The notes: generated by a model from the sequence alone, not told the origin. DNA of 64,000 bases from an uncultured Veillonellaceae bacterium (GCA_963805085.1 CAWDTA010000001.1:256001-320000), one strand, 5' to 3'. Counted from the stretch's first letter, positions 43,143 to 53,083 are shown. Numbers and translations are program-made.

Positions 43143-44321
43143 TTACTCTGTCGGCAATTGTAACTTGTAAGCACAGTTATTCTTTAGAATAGCATGAATC
43201 GTATAACAAAGTTTACGAGCAACGGCTCCAATACAGGTCAAGTGATGTTTGCCTTCAGCACGTTTCTTTTGGTAATAAGCTTTAAATACAGGATCGTGAA
43301 TAGATGCAATCAAAGCAGACTGAAACAAAGCCTTCCTCAAATAAGGCGATCCTCGTTTACTCATTTTATTATTTGTGCTTTGATATTCGCCAGACTGGCA
43401 TACAGAGGCATCAATCCCAGCATAGGCCACTAATTTCGAGGGATTGCTAAACTTGTTAATATCGCCGATTTCACCAAGTATAGTAGCAGCAGTTATTGTG
43501 GCTATTCCTGGAATAGTAGTAATAGGTGAGTTGATTTTTTCTAATAAAGATTTTATTTGAACCTCAATATCAGCAATTTGTTGTTCAATAAAATTAATTT
43601 GCTCAATCAGAAGTTTAAGTTGAAAAGTCAGGCTTTCCAAGCAGAAAGTAATACCAAAAGAATTTTTAGCTAAAGTAGATATACTGCTGATTTTCTTAGA
43701 TGCAAAACCCTTGCAAGTGATTTGAGAAAGAATCTCTTCTAATTGAGTTGAAGTAACATTTTGAAATTCTATAGGAGAACTCAGTTGTAGAAGAATTTCT
43801 TTCGATGTTTTACCAAAAATATTGGAAAAAACGGATTGATATTCAGGGAAAATTTGATCTAAAACACAAATGGTTTTTCTTTTTAAATCACCAATAGAAC
43901 TGACAAGATAATTTCTAAATCGGGAAAGGTTACGTAAAGAAAGTATGTTTTCATCCGCAAGAGAAGTTTCTAAAAAATCTCCATAACGAATAAAATCAGC
44001 AATTAATACAGAATCAATAATATCTGTTTTACGCTTTCTAATTTCAGTACCTTTACGCCAACCATCGGTTTGAATTGGATTGATGACATGAACAAAAAAG
44101 CCATGTTCAATAAGAAAAGAATAAAGGGAAAGCCAATAATGACCAGTAGCTTCCATACCAATTTCAATAGAGGTAGCAAAAGGTGTAATTTTTTCTAATA
44201 AACTATTGCCACCATTGGTAGAGTTTGCGAAAGAAAAAGCTTTAAAAAGAGTCTTGCCTTTTTCGTCCATAAGAGAAGCAACATGCGTATTTTTGCCGAT
44301 ATCAATACCAAGATAAACCAT
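43143..44321 (-). CDS. IS110 family DEDD transposase (intact)
   Basis: GIDIGK, MEATGHYW, KTDIIDS, AYAGID...QSG and SKRG motifs. Confidence 0.95.
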   Translation of the reverse strand: MVYLGIDIGKNTHVASLMDEKGKTLFKAFSFANSTNGGNSLLEKITPFATSIEIGMEATGHYWLSLYSFLIEHGFFVHVINPIQTDGWRKGTEIRKRKTDIIDSVLIADFIRYGDFLETSLADENILSLRNLSRFRNYLVSSIGDLKRKTICVLDQIFPEYQSVFSNIFGKTSKEILLQLSSPIEFQNVTSTQLEEILSQITCKGFASKKISSISTLAKNSFGITFCLESLTFQLKLLIEQINFIEQQIADIEVQIKSLLEKINSPITTIPGIATITAATILGEIGDINKFSNPSKLVAYAGIDASVCQSGEYQSTNNKMSKRGSPYLRKALFQSALIASIHDPVFKAYYQKKRAEGKHHLTCIGAVARKLCYTIHAILKNNCAYKLQLPTE

Positions 44322-44339
44322 ACAAATCACCCAATAAAA

Positions 44340-44585
44340 GTATTTTAGATAGGTATCCTCTAGTCTGAAAAACGTTACCGCCTTATTGTAGATACGAAGT
44401 GCTTAAACAAAAGCCAACATCCAACTTATTCGTAAACAGTAAAACAGACAGAGGTGTCAGTCTTTCAAGAACGAGATTATATCTCAAGGAGAGGACGACA
44501 TCACTCTACCTAATAAATTAATTATACGATTTTTTGTATAATTAATCAGCTAATAAAGGATTATAGGTTGCCTTTACTAACCTAA
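44340..44585 (-). ncRNA. Putative IS110 bridge RNA
   Basis: Non-coding left end carrying CTCTCCTT and TGAAAG, which match the target halves around a GAGAT/ATCTC stem, and AGTTGG, which matches the donor end. Confidence 0.65.
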
Positions 44586-44610
44586 ATATATTATATAAGG
44601 AGAGAGTAGA

Positions 44611-45279
44611 TTGGAACAATTTCTTTGGGTCATTTTGCCATATATAACCCTGGTATTCTTTTTTGCAGGGCTGATTCATCGGTATAAATATGATCAATTT
44701 GGTTGGATAACTAAATCAAGTGAGATTTTTGAAAAGAAACAACTGCGAATCGGGGCTCCAGTATTTCATTTTGGCTTGCTGATGGTTTTAGGTGGTCATA
44801 TCATGGGGGTACTTGTCCCCATCTCTATTTGGGATACTTTTGGGGTTACGGAAGAAATGTATCATATGAATGCATTGATGGGCGGAATTCCAGCAGGGTT
44901 GGCAGCTGCTTGCGGTTTAAGTATTTTAATTTATCGTCGCTATGCAAATGAGAAAATTAGATTGAACACATCAAAGAGTGATGTAGTAACCTTAGTTTTT
45001 TTAGCATTTGTTGTTTTTTCCGGTTACCTATCAACAATATGCAATATCCAAAATAATGGTTTTGATTATCGCACAACCATCGGACCTTGGTTTAGAAGTT
45101 TATTTTTCTTTTCTCCTGATGCAAAACTAATGACGACAATTCCTTGGTGGTTTAAATTACATTTGCTTTCTTGGATGGCGTTGGTTGCAGTATTACCATT
45201 TACCAGACTTGTGCATATGCTTAGTTTACCGTTTCGTTATTATGGACGGAACTATATCATCTATCGAAAACGTGGGTAG
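44611..45279 (+). CDS. narI: Nitrate reductase gamma (cytochrome b) subunit
   Basis: YDQFGW, FHFG...GH, FKLH and PFTRLVH motifs; TTG start. Confidence 0.95.
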   Translation: MEQFLWVILPYITLVFFFAGLIHRYKYDQFGWITKSSEIFEKKQLRIGAPVFHFGLLMVLGGHIMGVLVPISIWDTFGVTEEMYHMNALMGGIPAGLAAACGLSILIYRRYANEKIRLNTSKSDVVTLVFLAFVVFSGYLSTICNIQNNGFDYRTTIGPWFRSLFFFSPDAKLMTTIPWWFKLHLLSWMALVAVLPFTRLVHMLSLPFRYYGRNYIIYRKRG

Positions 45280-45308
45280 CAATATTTACTAAAATGGGGT
45301 GAATAAAT

Positions 45309-45845
45309 ATGAAAAGTATAGTTGTGCATTCTTCTGTAACAGGAAATACAAAAATGGTTGCAGAAGCGATTGCTGAGGAACTTGGAGCAAAGCAAGAGCT
45401 GTTTCCAATTGAGAGTGCGCCAATTGATGTAGAGTGCGATTTAATTGCGGTAGGTTTCTGGGTTAATCGTGGGAATGCCGATTTGAAAACGGCAAAATAT
45501 TTGGAGCAACTAAGAAATAAAAACGTTGCCTTGTTTGCAACGTTAGGCGCATATCCTGATTCCCAGCATGCAATTGATAGTATAAAAAATGCAGCGCAAT
45601 TTCTAGATGAAAGTAATACGGTAATGGGAAGCTTTATTTGTCAAGGCAAAGTAAATCCAAAGTTAATTGAAAAAATGGCAGAAAGGTTTCCAAAAGGACA
45701 TTCTCATGAAATAACCAACGAGAGACGTGAACGGCATAAGGTTGCAAGCACACACCCTGATGCAAATGATTTAATGAATGCAAAAAAAGAATTTGGCTTC
45801 ATTAAAGAAAAAATCGAAAAAATGTTAGAAATAGATATAGAATAA
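45309..45845 (+). CDS. Flavodoxin family protein
   Basis: SSVTGNTKMVAEAI, GFWV, FATLGA, FICQGK and HPD motifs. Confidence 0.85.
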   Translation: MKSIVVHSSVTGNTKMVAEAIAEELGAKQELFPIESAPIDVECDLIAVGFWVNRGNADLKTAKYLEQLRNKNVALFATLGAYPDSQHAIDSIKNAAQFLDESNTVMGSFICQGKVNPKLIEKMAERFPKGHSHEITNERRERHKVASTHPDANDLMNAKKEFGFIKEKIEKMLEIDIE

Positions 45846-45867
45846 GCTAAGAAATTCTTGATTATTA

Positions 45868-45906
45868 CCTGAATATCGGCAAAAAAATGCCGGTATTCAG
45901 GCTTTT
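45868..45906 (+). terminator. Terminator after the flavodoxin gene
   Basis: CCTGAATATCGGC...GCCGGTATTCAGG then CTTTT. Confidence 0.7.
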
Positions 45907-45999
45907 GGCATTCAATGAATAAATGAAAAAAACACTCTTATCTAACGGCAAAATACCGTGTATAAAAGTGTTTCTTGTTATTCCTATTGATGGAAAGCT

Positions 46000-46353
46000 C
46001 TAGGTTGCTTTTGCTTGTTTGTTTTTGGCTTCTTTAAACTGGATATAAGCTTCAACTTCTTGTCGGTCTCTTTGGGGTAACTGGCGTAAACGATATGCCA
46101 TGTCAATAATATCATGTTCATGGGCCATTAATTCTTCTATGGTAAAGCGGATATCAGTTTCTCCTAGCAGCCATGATACACTAACACAAAATTTAGTTGC
46201 AATTAATTTTAATGTTTCAATGTCAGGTTCACCACGGCCACTGCGCCAATTGAATACTTGAAATTTAGAAGCATTGATAAGTGTACCAAAATCTTCTTGG
46301 GATAAGCTAGAGTTTTCAAATAGGAAGTTGAAATGTTCGCGAAATGTTGCCAT
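46000..46353 (-). CDS. XRE family HTH transcriptional regulator
   Basis: LSQEDFG...W...EPD...VSWLLG Cro/CI-like pattern; ATG at 46353 follows GGTGGTG. Confidence 0.85.
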   Translation of the reverse strand: MATFREHFNFLFENSSLSQEDFGTLINASKFQVFNWRSGRGEPDIETLKLIATKFCVSVSWLLGETDIRFTIEELMAHEHDIIDMAYRLRQLPQRDRQEVEAYIQFKEAKNKQAKAT

Positions 46354-46419
46354 TTTACACCACCACATAAGATTTGTACAACTCATTATAAACCAAATGA
46401 ATTAGTTAATAAACAACAA

Positions 46420-46462
46420 AGTAAAAAATGCAATTGACATAGTAAAAATTGCATCATATAAT
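46420..46462 (+). promoter_or_regulatory. Consensus sigma-A promoter of the ccm-nrf genes with two overlapping 13-bp repeats
   Basis: TTGACA (46434-46439)-N17-TATAAT (46457-46462); AGTAAAAAATGCA (46420-46432) and AGTAAAAATTGCA (46441-46453). Confidence 0.75.
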
Positions 46463-46554
46463 TAGTGAATAACAAGCGGATATTATTATATAATCGTTAT
46501 TTATAGCAGATGATGCGATTTAAAGTTGAAAATTTCGTAGAGAGGAACTGCAGT

Positions 46555-47181
46555 ATGGAAATACGGATCGAACTGAATAACATCAAAAAAACGTATGGTA
46601 AAAAAGTTTTATATTCAAATTTGTGTGATTGTATAGAATCAGCAAATTGTACATGTATTACGGGGAATAACGGCTCGGGTAAATCAACATTGTTAAAAAT
46701 TATTGGTAGCTTGATTGCTGCTGATAGTGGCGAGGTCGATGTTTTTCAAGATGGATATAAGTTAAAACGAGATGAATACCAACGTTTGATTGGTATGGTG
46801 GCACCAGACTTAGCACTTTATGATCAATTAAGTGCAATTGAAAACATCCAATTTTTTGCAGGGTTTCGAAATAATAATCTGACGTATGAAAGCATCGTGG
46901 AGAACCTTTTTAAAGTAGGACTTGTTGGCGTAGAAGATAAATTGGTAAAAACGTTTTCTACCGGAATGAAACAACGTTTAAAATTAGCGGTTTTAGCAAG
47001 TTCAAATGTTTCTATTTGGCTCTTAGACGAACCTTCTTCTAATTTAGATCAAGAAGGCAGAAGTATGGTGAAGAAATTAGTTCAAGAATCTGTGGACTCT
47101 GGCAAGTTAGTGATCTTAGCTACTAACGAAGAGCAGGAGGTAGAGTATGCATCGCATATACTCAATTTGGCAGAAAATTAA
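46555..47181 (+). CDS. ccmA: Cytochrome c maturation ABC ATPase CcmA
   Basis: GNNGSGKST, FSTGMKQR and WLLDEP motifs; upstream of ccmBC. Confidence 0.85.
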   Translation: MEIRIELNNIKKTYGKKVLYSNLCDCIESANCTCITGNNGSGKSTLLKIIGSLIAADSGEVDVFQDGYKLKRDEYQRLIGMVAPDLALYDQLSAIENIQFFAGFRNNNLTYESIVENLFKVGLVGVEDKLVKTFSTGMKQRLKLAVLASSNVSIWLLDEPSSNLDQEGRSMVKKLVQESVDSGKLVILATNEEQEVEYASHILNLAEN

Positions 47182-47824
47182 AATGATTTTGCACAAAGAA
47201 TTGCTGATTGAGTTTCGCACTCGGTATGCATGGAGTTCCTTAATAATGTTTGCATTAACAACATTAGCTTGTATCAGTATGGCGATTGGTGGAAACATGT
47301 TATCTCCATTGCTAGACGCTGTTTTATTTTGGATTATTATATTTTTTTCGGCAATGGCTGGGCTTGGGCGGGTGTTTATTCAAGAGCAGGAAGCTGGGAC
47401 AATGAACATGCTGCGGATTTATGCAGAGCCTCAGAGTGTATTATTTGGCAAACTTATTTATAATATTGTTTTGTTAATCGCTTTGATTGTTTTGTTATTG
47501 CCTTGCTATGTAATTTTTTTAGATATCGAAATATTTTGGGTATGGTATTTATTTTTAATTTTATTGTTTGGCAGTATTGGTATAGCCGCTGTGTCAACCT
47601 TAATTGCCGCAATTGTTGCAAATACAGAATCAAAAGGCAATTTATTTACCATACTGACCTTTCCAATTATCTTGCCATTGCTTTTGATGGTAATAAGGTT
47701 GACGGAGCGTACATTAATAAACGAACCCTTTGTGGACGTACAGCAATTATATATTGTAGTTGCTTATGATTTTATCATTGTCGGTGTTTTATCTATTTTA
47801 TTTGATTACTTATGGGATGAATAG
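47147..47824 (+). CDS. ccmB: Heme exporter CcmB
   Basis: KELLIEFR, FIQEQEAGT and FPIILP motifs; 6 TM helices; start may be at 47183. Confidence 0.85.
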   Translation: MHRIYSIWQKIKMILHKELLIEFRTRYAWSSLIMFALTTLACISMAIGGNMLSPLLDAVLFWIIIFFSAMAGLGRVFIQEQEAGTMNMLRIYAEPQSVLFGKLIYNIVLLIALIVLLLPCYVIFLDIEIFWVWYLFLILLFGSIGIAAVSTLIAAIVANTESKGNLFTILTFPIILPLLLMVIRLTERTLINEPFVDVQQLYIVVAYDFIIVGVLSILFDYLWDE

Positions 47825-47835
47825 GAGGAAGATCG

Positions 47836-48471
47836 ATGTTAAACTACGGTCTAGCCATATGGTCAATGGGAGTTGTTTGGGCAGTATTTTATCTTGTACC
47901 ACCAGCTAAAGGATTGGGGGAGCTGGTAAGAATTGCATTCTTTCATATCCCGGTAGCTTGGGTTTCTGTATTGGCATTTTTCATGTCGGCTTGGTGGGCG
48001 ATACGCTATTTAAAGACGAAGTCAATGAAATACGATTATTTGAGTGCAAAAGCGGCATCACTTGGTATGATTTTTTGTATTTTAGCAACGGTAAGTGGTG
48101 CAATTTTTGCAAAATTATCTTGGGGCACTTATTGGAACTGGGATCCAAGGCAGACAACTATTTTTATTTTACTTTTGATTTATGGTGCGTATCTAACACT
48201 TCGAAACTCAATCACTGTGCTGAGAGTACGAGCAAAATTATCCGCAGTATATTCTTTACTTTCCTGCGTAACAGTCCCTTTTTTGGTATTTGTTATTCCA
48301 CGCTATTATTTTTCATTGCATCCAGAACCAGTACTGAATAGCGCAGGAAAATTAGATATGGACCGCATTATGATTTGGACCTTAATTGCAGCGTTGTTTG
48401 CATTTACCGGTATCTTTCTAAAATTACTTTACGCGAAGAACAATCACAGCGAAAAGGGTGATTCTATATGA
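47836..48471 (+). CDS. ccmC: Heme delivery protein CcmC
   Basis: FFHIP, WGTYWNWDPR (WWD domain) and SLHP. Confidence 0.9.
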   Translation: MLNYGLAIWSMGVVWAVFYLVPPAKGLGELVRIAFFHIPVAWVSVLAFFMSAWWAIRYLKTKSMKYDYLSAKAASLGMIFCILATVSGAIFAKLSWGTYWNWDPRQTTIFILLLIYGAYLTLRNSITVLRVRAKLSAVYSLLSCVTVPFLVFVIPRYYFSLHPEPVLNSAGKLDMDRIMIWTLIAALFAFTGIFLKLLYAKNNHSEKGDSI

Positions 48472-48842
48472 AACAAAGGCACATCATCATTGGTGTATTG
48501 ATTGCGCTATTTGGTATGTATTGCATTTTTTCTTTCAATGACTCCTTAACGCCTTATGTTAGTATTGCACAAGCAAAATCAGCTTCGAACAATGTGCAAG
48601 TGAAAGGTGTCCTTGCAAAAAATCATAAGCCACCGTATAGCGAAAACGGAAAATTTTATTTTGGTTTAGAAGATGAAAACGGAGATGTCGTAACGGTTGC
48701 CTATAAAGGTGTCAAACCAGAAGGGTTTGACGACGCAGTACATATTGTTGCAATTGGAAAATATAAAGACAATGAGATTCAAACAGATAAATTATTGATT
48801 AAATGCCCATCTAAATATGAGGCAAATGGAGGACAAAAATAA
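48468..48842 (+). CDS. ccmE: Heme chaperone CcmE, CxxxY (System I*) variant
   Basis: N-terminal TM helix, Y-G--P--F motif, C-terminal KCPSKY. Confidence 0.9.
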   Translation: MKQRHIIIGVLIALFGMYCIFSFNDSLTPYVSIAQAKSASNNVQVKGVLAKNHKPPYSENGKFYFGLEDENGDVVTVAYKGVKPEGFDDAVHIVAIGKYKDNEIQTDKLLIKCPSKYEANGGQK

Positions 48843-50993
48843 ATGATAGGTTTTGTGGCATTATTTGCAGCATTTATAACAACAGTAATTGCGATTTTTG
48901 CTTATACAACTTCATTTTTAAAAGAAATGAGTTTATACAATAAGGTTGTAGAAAATAAATTGGGCAGTATTTGTTTTAAACTGTCTAGCTTAAGCGTTAT
49001 TGTTGCGAGTGGTTTTCTACTCTATATCATTTTGACAAATCAATTTGAGTATTCTTACGTATGGGGGTACTCATCAACGGATTTATCACTTGGTTATAAG
49101 ATCGCTGCTTTTTGGGCAGGGCAAGAAGGCTCGTTTTTATTATGGCTATTGATCCATAGTATTTGTGGATGGATTTTTATTCGTCCGAACGGAATGCCCA
49201 AGAGTGCTTTTTCAGTATATATGATTGTGCAGCTACTGATTATTATTATGCTGATTAATAAAAGTCCATTTATGATGATGGCAGAATTGCAGCCAGAAGG
49301 TGCAGGCTTAAATCCATTGTTACAAAATCCTTGGATGGCAATTCATCCACCGATTATTTTTATTGGCTATGCACTCCTTGCAGTACCATTTTGTTATGCA
49401 ATAGGTGCGCTATTAACAAACAAGCATCAAGAATGGGTGAAACCAGCGCTTCGTTGGGCGCTTATTGCTTGGTCAGCGCTTGGTGCAGGTATATTTATGG
49501 GTGGCTATTGGGCGTATAAAGTCCTTGGTTGGGGTGGCTATTGGGCGTGGGATCCAGTAGAAAACTCTTCCTTGGTACCTTGGTTAATTGCGACAGCACT
49601 TGTGCATTTAATGCTCACGGTACCAGTTAAAATTGGTGCTTTAAAACCAACTTATTTTGCTGCGATTTTTAGTTTTGTTTCCGTTCTTTATGGGACATTT
49701 CTAACGCGTAGTGGCATTTTGAGTGATTTTTCTGTGCATTCTTTTAGTGATGATGGTATTGGTGGTATTTTAGCAACCATTGTTGGTCTAGTAACTGTGC
49801 TTGCATTATGTATCTTAACTGTTAAATGGCCTAGTATTCCAGAAAAAAATCTATACGAAAATCTAAATACGCGTGAATTTTCAATTGCAGGTGGAATGAC
49901 TGTATTTGCTTTTATCGCGGCAATTGTTTTCGTTGGTATGTCAATGCCGCTTATTACAAAAATCATGGGGAATCCCCAAAGTGTTGATGCAAGTTTTTAT
50001 AATAAAACGACTGCGCCACTTGGACTTCTTATGCTTTTATTCGTTAGCATCAGTCCAATTTTGAAGTGGGATGAAAATAAGATAGATGTTTTAAAAAAAT
50101 ATTGGTGGGGCGTAATTCCTTTTATATTAGGAATAGGCGTTTCTTATTATTATCAATTTAGCAATATATTGCATTATTTGGTTTTAGCAGTAGCTTTTGT
50201 TGCGGTTGTAATAAATTCATATCTAATAAAAAAATCAATTTCATGTCAAGCCGGAATCGCACATATAGGACTGGCATTAACGATGGCAGGTATTATTTTA
50301 TCTTCTGATGGAAGTCAAACGATAGCAGAAACTTTCAATGTGGATGAATCAAAGTATATGTTTGGTTATGAAGTCACTTATAAAGGAGAAGAAAAGCCAG
50401 AGAATGGTTCAGTAAAATATCAAGTGTTTGATTTGAATGGAACACTACTTAAAACAACAACAAAATTAAATGCAAAAGGTATGGAGGCTGTGCGTGAACC
50501 AGGAATTTATCATTCTTTAACAGGTGATATCTATTTTGCACCAGCACATAATCATACGAACAATAACGCTAAGCAGGTCGTTGTAGATAAGAAAAAAATA
50601 GTGATGGAAAATGATCTGACGTTTAAATTCAATGGGGTTAGCATGGAATCTATGCCAGGCATGGAAGAAAATATGCTGGTCAAAGCAATGGTTGATGTGA
50701 CAGATGGAACACAAACGGAAAATGTAGTATTGGTTCTTGCCTATGATAAAGATTTTAAATCAATTCCTGTCAATATTTTAGGAAATAAATATCAATTAGC
50801 GCTCACAGGAGTCTCTAATGATGAAAATAAGATTCGCATTGAAGTTACAAATAACGAGGAAAGACAGGCCCAGCATGAAGTTGAAGTAGAAGTGAGTACG
50901 AAACCATTTGTATGGCTAGTTTGGCTTGGAACTATTCTGATTACTATAAGCTCTCTTGGTGCAGCTGTACGTAGATTTTTACATAAAAAATAA
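48843..50993 (+). CDS. ccmF: Cytochrome c heme lyase CcmF
   Basis: WAGQEGS, HPP, WGGYWAWDPVEN and SVHSF motifs. Confidence 0.93.
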   Translation: MIGFVALFAAFITTVIAIFAYTTSFLKEMSLYNKVVENKLGSICFKLSSLSVIVASGFLLYIILTNQFEYSYVWGYSSTDLSLGYKIAAFWAGQEGSFLLWLLIHSICGWIFIRPNGMPKSAFSVYMIVQLLIIIMLINKSPFMMMAELQPEGAGLNPLLQNPWMAIHPPIIFIGYALLAVPFCYAIGALLTNKHQEWVKPALRWALIAWSALGAGIFMGGYWAYKVLGWGGYWAWDPVENSSLVPWLIATALVHLMLTVPVKIGALKPTYFAAIFSFVSVLYGTFLTRSGILSDFSVHSFSDDGIGGILATIVGLVTVLALCILTVKWPSIPEKNLYENLNTREFSIAGGMTVFAFIAAIVFVGMSMPLITKIMGNPQSVDASFYNKTTAPLGLLMLLFVSISPILKWDENKIDVLKKYWWGVIPFILGIGVSYYYQFSNILHYLVLAVAFVAVVINSYLIKKSISCQAGIAHIGLALTMAGIILSSDGSQTIAETFNVDESKYMFGYEVTYKGEEKPENGSVKYQVFDLNGTLLKTTTKLNAKGMEAVREPGIYHSLTGDIYFAPAHNHTNNNAKQVVVDKKKIVMENDLTFKFNGVSMESMPGMEENMLVKAMVDVTDGTQTENVVLVLAYDKDFKSIPVNILGNKYQLALTGVSNDENKIRIEVTNNEERQAQHEVEVEVSTKPFVWLVWLGTILITISSLGAAVRRFLHKK

Positions 50994-51079
50994 TCATATA
51001 TCATTTTGTGGACCATGTCCTACTGCGAGGGCTGAGTTATAAATAAAACTGCTGAGCATATGAGAGGAGGGAGAAATCA

Positions 51080-51556
51080 TTGGACATTAAGAATTTTTTG
51101 AATCGTCATGCTTTAAGAAGTGCAATTCTGGGTTTTGTATTTGCATTTGTATTAATGGGCATTGGAGCAATGAATTATACTTATGCAGATTCACCTGCAT
51201 TCTGTGGCAGTTGTCATTCCATGACAGAGACACACGAAAGCTGGGCAATATCGAATCATAAACAAATTGCATGTACAGAATGTCATCTGCCACATTGGAG
51301 CTTTGCTGGTAAAATGGTTGCGAAAGCGCAAACTGGAATGAATGATACCTATCATGAAGTGCTGCGCGATTATCCAGCCCATATAAAACTATCAGCGCAA
51401 GGTAAATCCTATGTGAATGATAATTGCATGAGATGTCATCAATCAACTATGGAAAAAGTACATATCAATATCGCAGGAGAACAAGATTGTCTAAAATGTC
51501 ACAGCAGTGTCGCGCATGGTTCTAATCATCTGGAGGGGGGGATAAAAGTTGAGTAA
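51080..51556 (+). CDS. nrfH: Tetraheme quinol dehydrogenase NrfH
   Basis: N-terminal TM helix; CGSCH, CTECH, CMRCH and CLKCH. Confidence 0.93.
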   Translation: MDIKNFLNRHALRSAILGFVFAFVLMGIGAMNYTYADSPAFCGSCHSMTETHESWAISNHKQIACTECHLPHWSFAGKMVAKAQTGMNDTYHEVLRDYPAHIKLSAQGKSYVNDNCMRCHQSTMEKVHINIAGEQDCLKCHSSVAHGSNHLEGGIKVE

Positions 51557-52838
51557 GATGCAAAAGTGTTTAATAGGTTTAATTGGCGTAACTGTATTGT
51601 TCTTTGGATTTATTGTAGTAAGAATTGGCGTAGCGAAACCAGCAGATAGTGTAAAAGTAGCTAAAATCGAAGCTGGGCAGGAGCTAAACATGAATGCTTA
51701 CTCGAAAGCTTATCCATTACAGTACAAATCTTATATGAAAAATAATGAAATGGCACCATCTGTAACTGGATTTGGTGGCAGTACGAAGTATCAACACTCT
51801 GAGAGACAACCAGAAATTAAAGAAAACTTTAAAGGGTATCCTTTTAGTATTGACTACGCAGATGATCGTGGACATACGTATGCAGGCGAAGACGTACTTT
51901 CAACAAAACGTATCAATGATAAATCACCAGCAGCTTGTATTACTTGCAAGACGCCATACGTTGATAAATTCTATCAAGAAATGGGCTGGAAATATGCGAG
52001 TCGTCCATTTAAAGAACTAGCCGATCAAGTTCCAGCAGATGGATATTTAAGTTGTGCAGAGTGTCATGAGCCTGCAACAATGGCACTTCGTGTAGTTAAT
52101 CCTGCATTTATAGAAGCATTAGCAAGACAAGGCAAAGATATAAAAAATGCAACACATCAAGAAATGCGTGCATATGTTTGTGCACAATGTCATGTAGAAT
52201 ATTATTTTGATAAAGACAAACGTGTTGTACTTCCTTGGGATAAAGGCGTAAAACCTGCTGATATGTATGCATATTACAGTGAACATGATAAAACTGACTT
52301 TGAAGCGGATTTTGTTCAGCCGGACTCCAAAGTAAAAGTGCTGAAAGCACAACATCCAGATTATGAAACTTGGTCAACAAGCGTTCATGCGGATAATGGT
52401 GTTACTTGTGTCGATTGTCATATGCCATATATGCGTGACAATGGACAAAAATACACATCTCATTGGATGACGGATCCACTTAGAACTCCAGAAGAATCTT
52501 GTGGTAAATGTCATCAGGATACAGCAAAATTGACTGAACGTGTGAAAACAATTCAGAATAATACCTTCCAAATACAACATACTGCAGGGCAAACGGTTGC
52601 GAAAGCACATCAAGCAATCAAAGCTGCCAGTGAACAACCTGGGGTAGATCTTGTAGAATTAGAAAATGCACGCGAATTAACGCGCAAAGCACAATGGTTC
52701 TGGGATATCGTAGCCGCTGAAAACAGCATGGGCTTCCATAATCCAGACCAAGCGTTAAATACTTTAGGTCAGTCGATTGATTTAGCGCATCAAGCGATTG
52801 AATCTGCGAATAAAGCAGCTAAAGGCAGCATTATCTAA
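51549..52838 (+). CDS. nrfA: Pentaheme ammonia-forming nitrite reductase NrfA
   Basis: CITCK plus four CxxCH; HVEYYF, KAQHP and AENSMGFH motifs. Confidence 0.95.
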   Translation: MSKMQKCLIGLIGVTVLFFGFIVVRIGVAKPADSVKVAKIEAGQELNMNAYSKAYPLQYKSYMKNNEMAPSVTGFGGSTKYQHSERQPEIKENFKGYPFSIDYADDRGHTYAGEDVLSTKRINDKSPAACITCKTPYVDKFYQEMGWKYASRPFKELADQVPADGYLSCAECHEPATMALRVVNPAFIEALARQGKDIKNATHQEMRAYVCAQCHVEYYFDKDKRVVLPWDKGVKPADMYAYYSEHDKTDFEADFVQPDSKVKVLKAQHPDYETWSTSVHADNGVTCVDCHMPYMRDNGQKYTSHWMTDPLRTPEESCGKCHQDTAKLTERVKTIQNNTFQIQHTAGQTVAKAHQAIKAASEQPGVDLVELENARELTRKAQWFWDIVAAENSMGFHNPDQALNTLGQSIDLAHQAIESANKAAKGSII

Positions 52839-52915
52839 CAGAAATATAGCTTATGTAAAACAGATTCAAAAATAATTGAAACCTTAATGGTCTAGAACGA
52901 TCAGAATAGTTAGAA

Positions 52916-52959
52916 AACTATGTATTCTGAGTTAATACAATCAGAATACATAGTTCTTT
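52916..52959 (+). terminator. Terminator after nrfA
   Basis: AACTATGTATTCTGA-N10-TCAGAATACATAGTT then CTTT. Confidence 0.7.
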
Positions 52960-53083
52960 AAATTGTTTTCATATTGATTGAATTTTCTTAACATAAAGAT
53001 AAAAAAGCTATAAGAAAAATTTTTGCAATGAAAATTCGATCATGTAGCTCTTATATGAATGATAAAAATTAAAACAGACAAGG

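Larger units (their letters stand above)
43024..44599 (-). mobile_element. IS110-family insertion sequence between narJ and narI
   Basis: AAG repeated at 43021-43023 and 44597-44599; removing the element restores GTAGAAAGGAGAGAGTAG; joined ends form TTGACT-N17-TATAAT. Confidence 0.9.
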
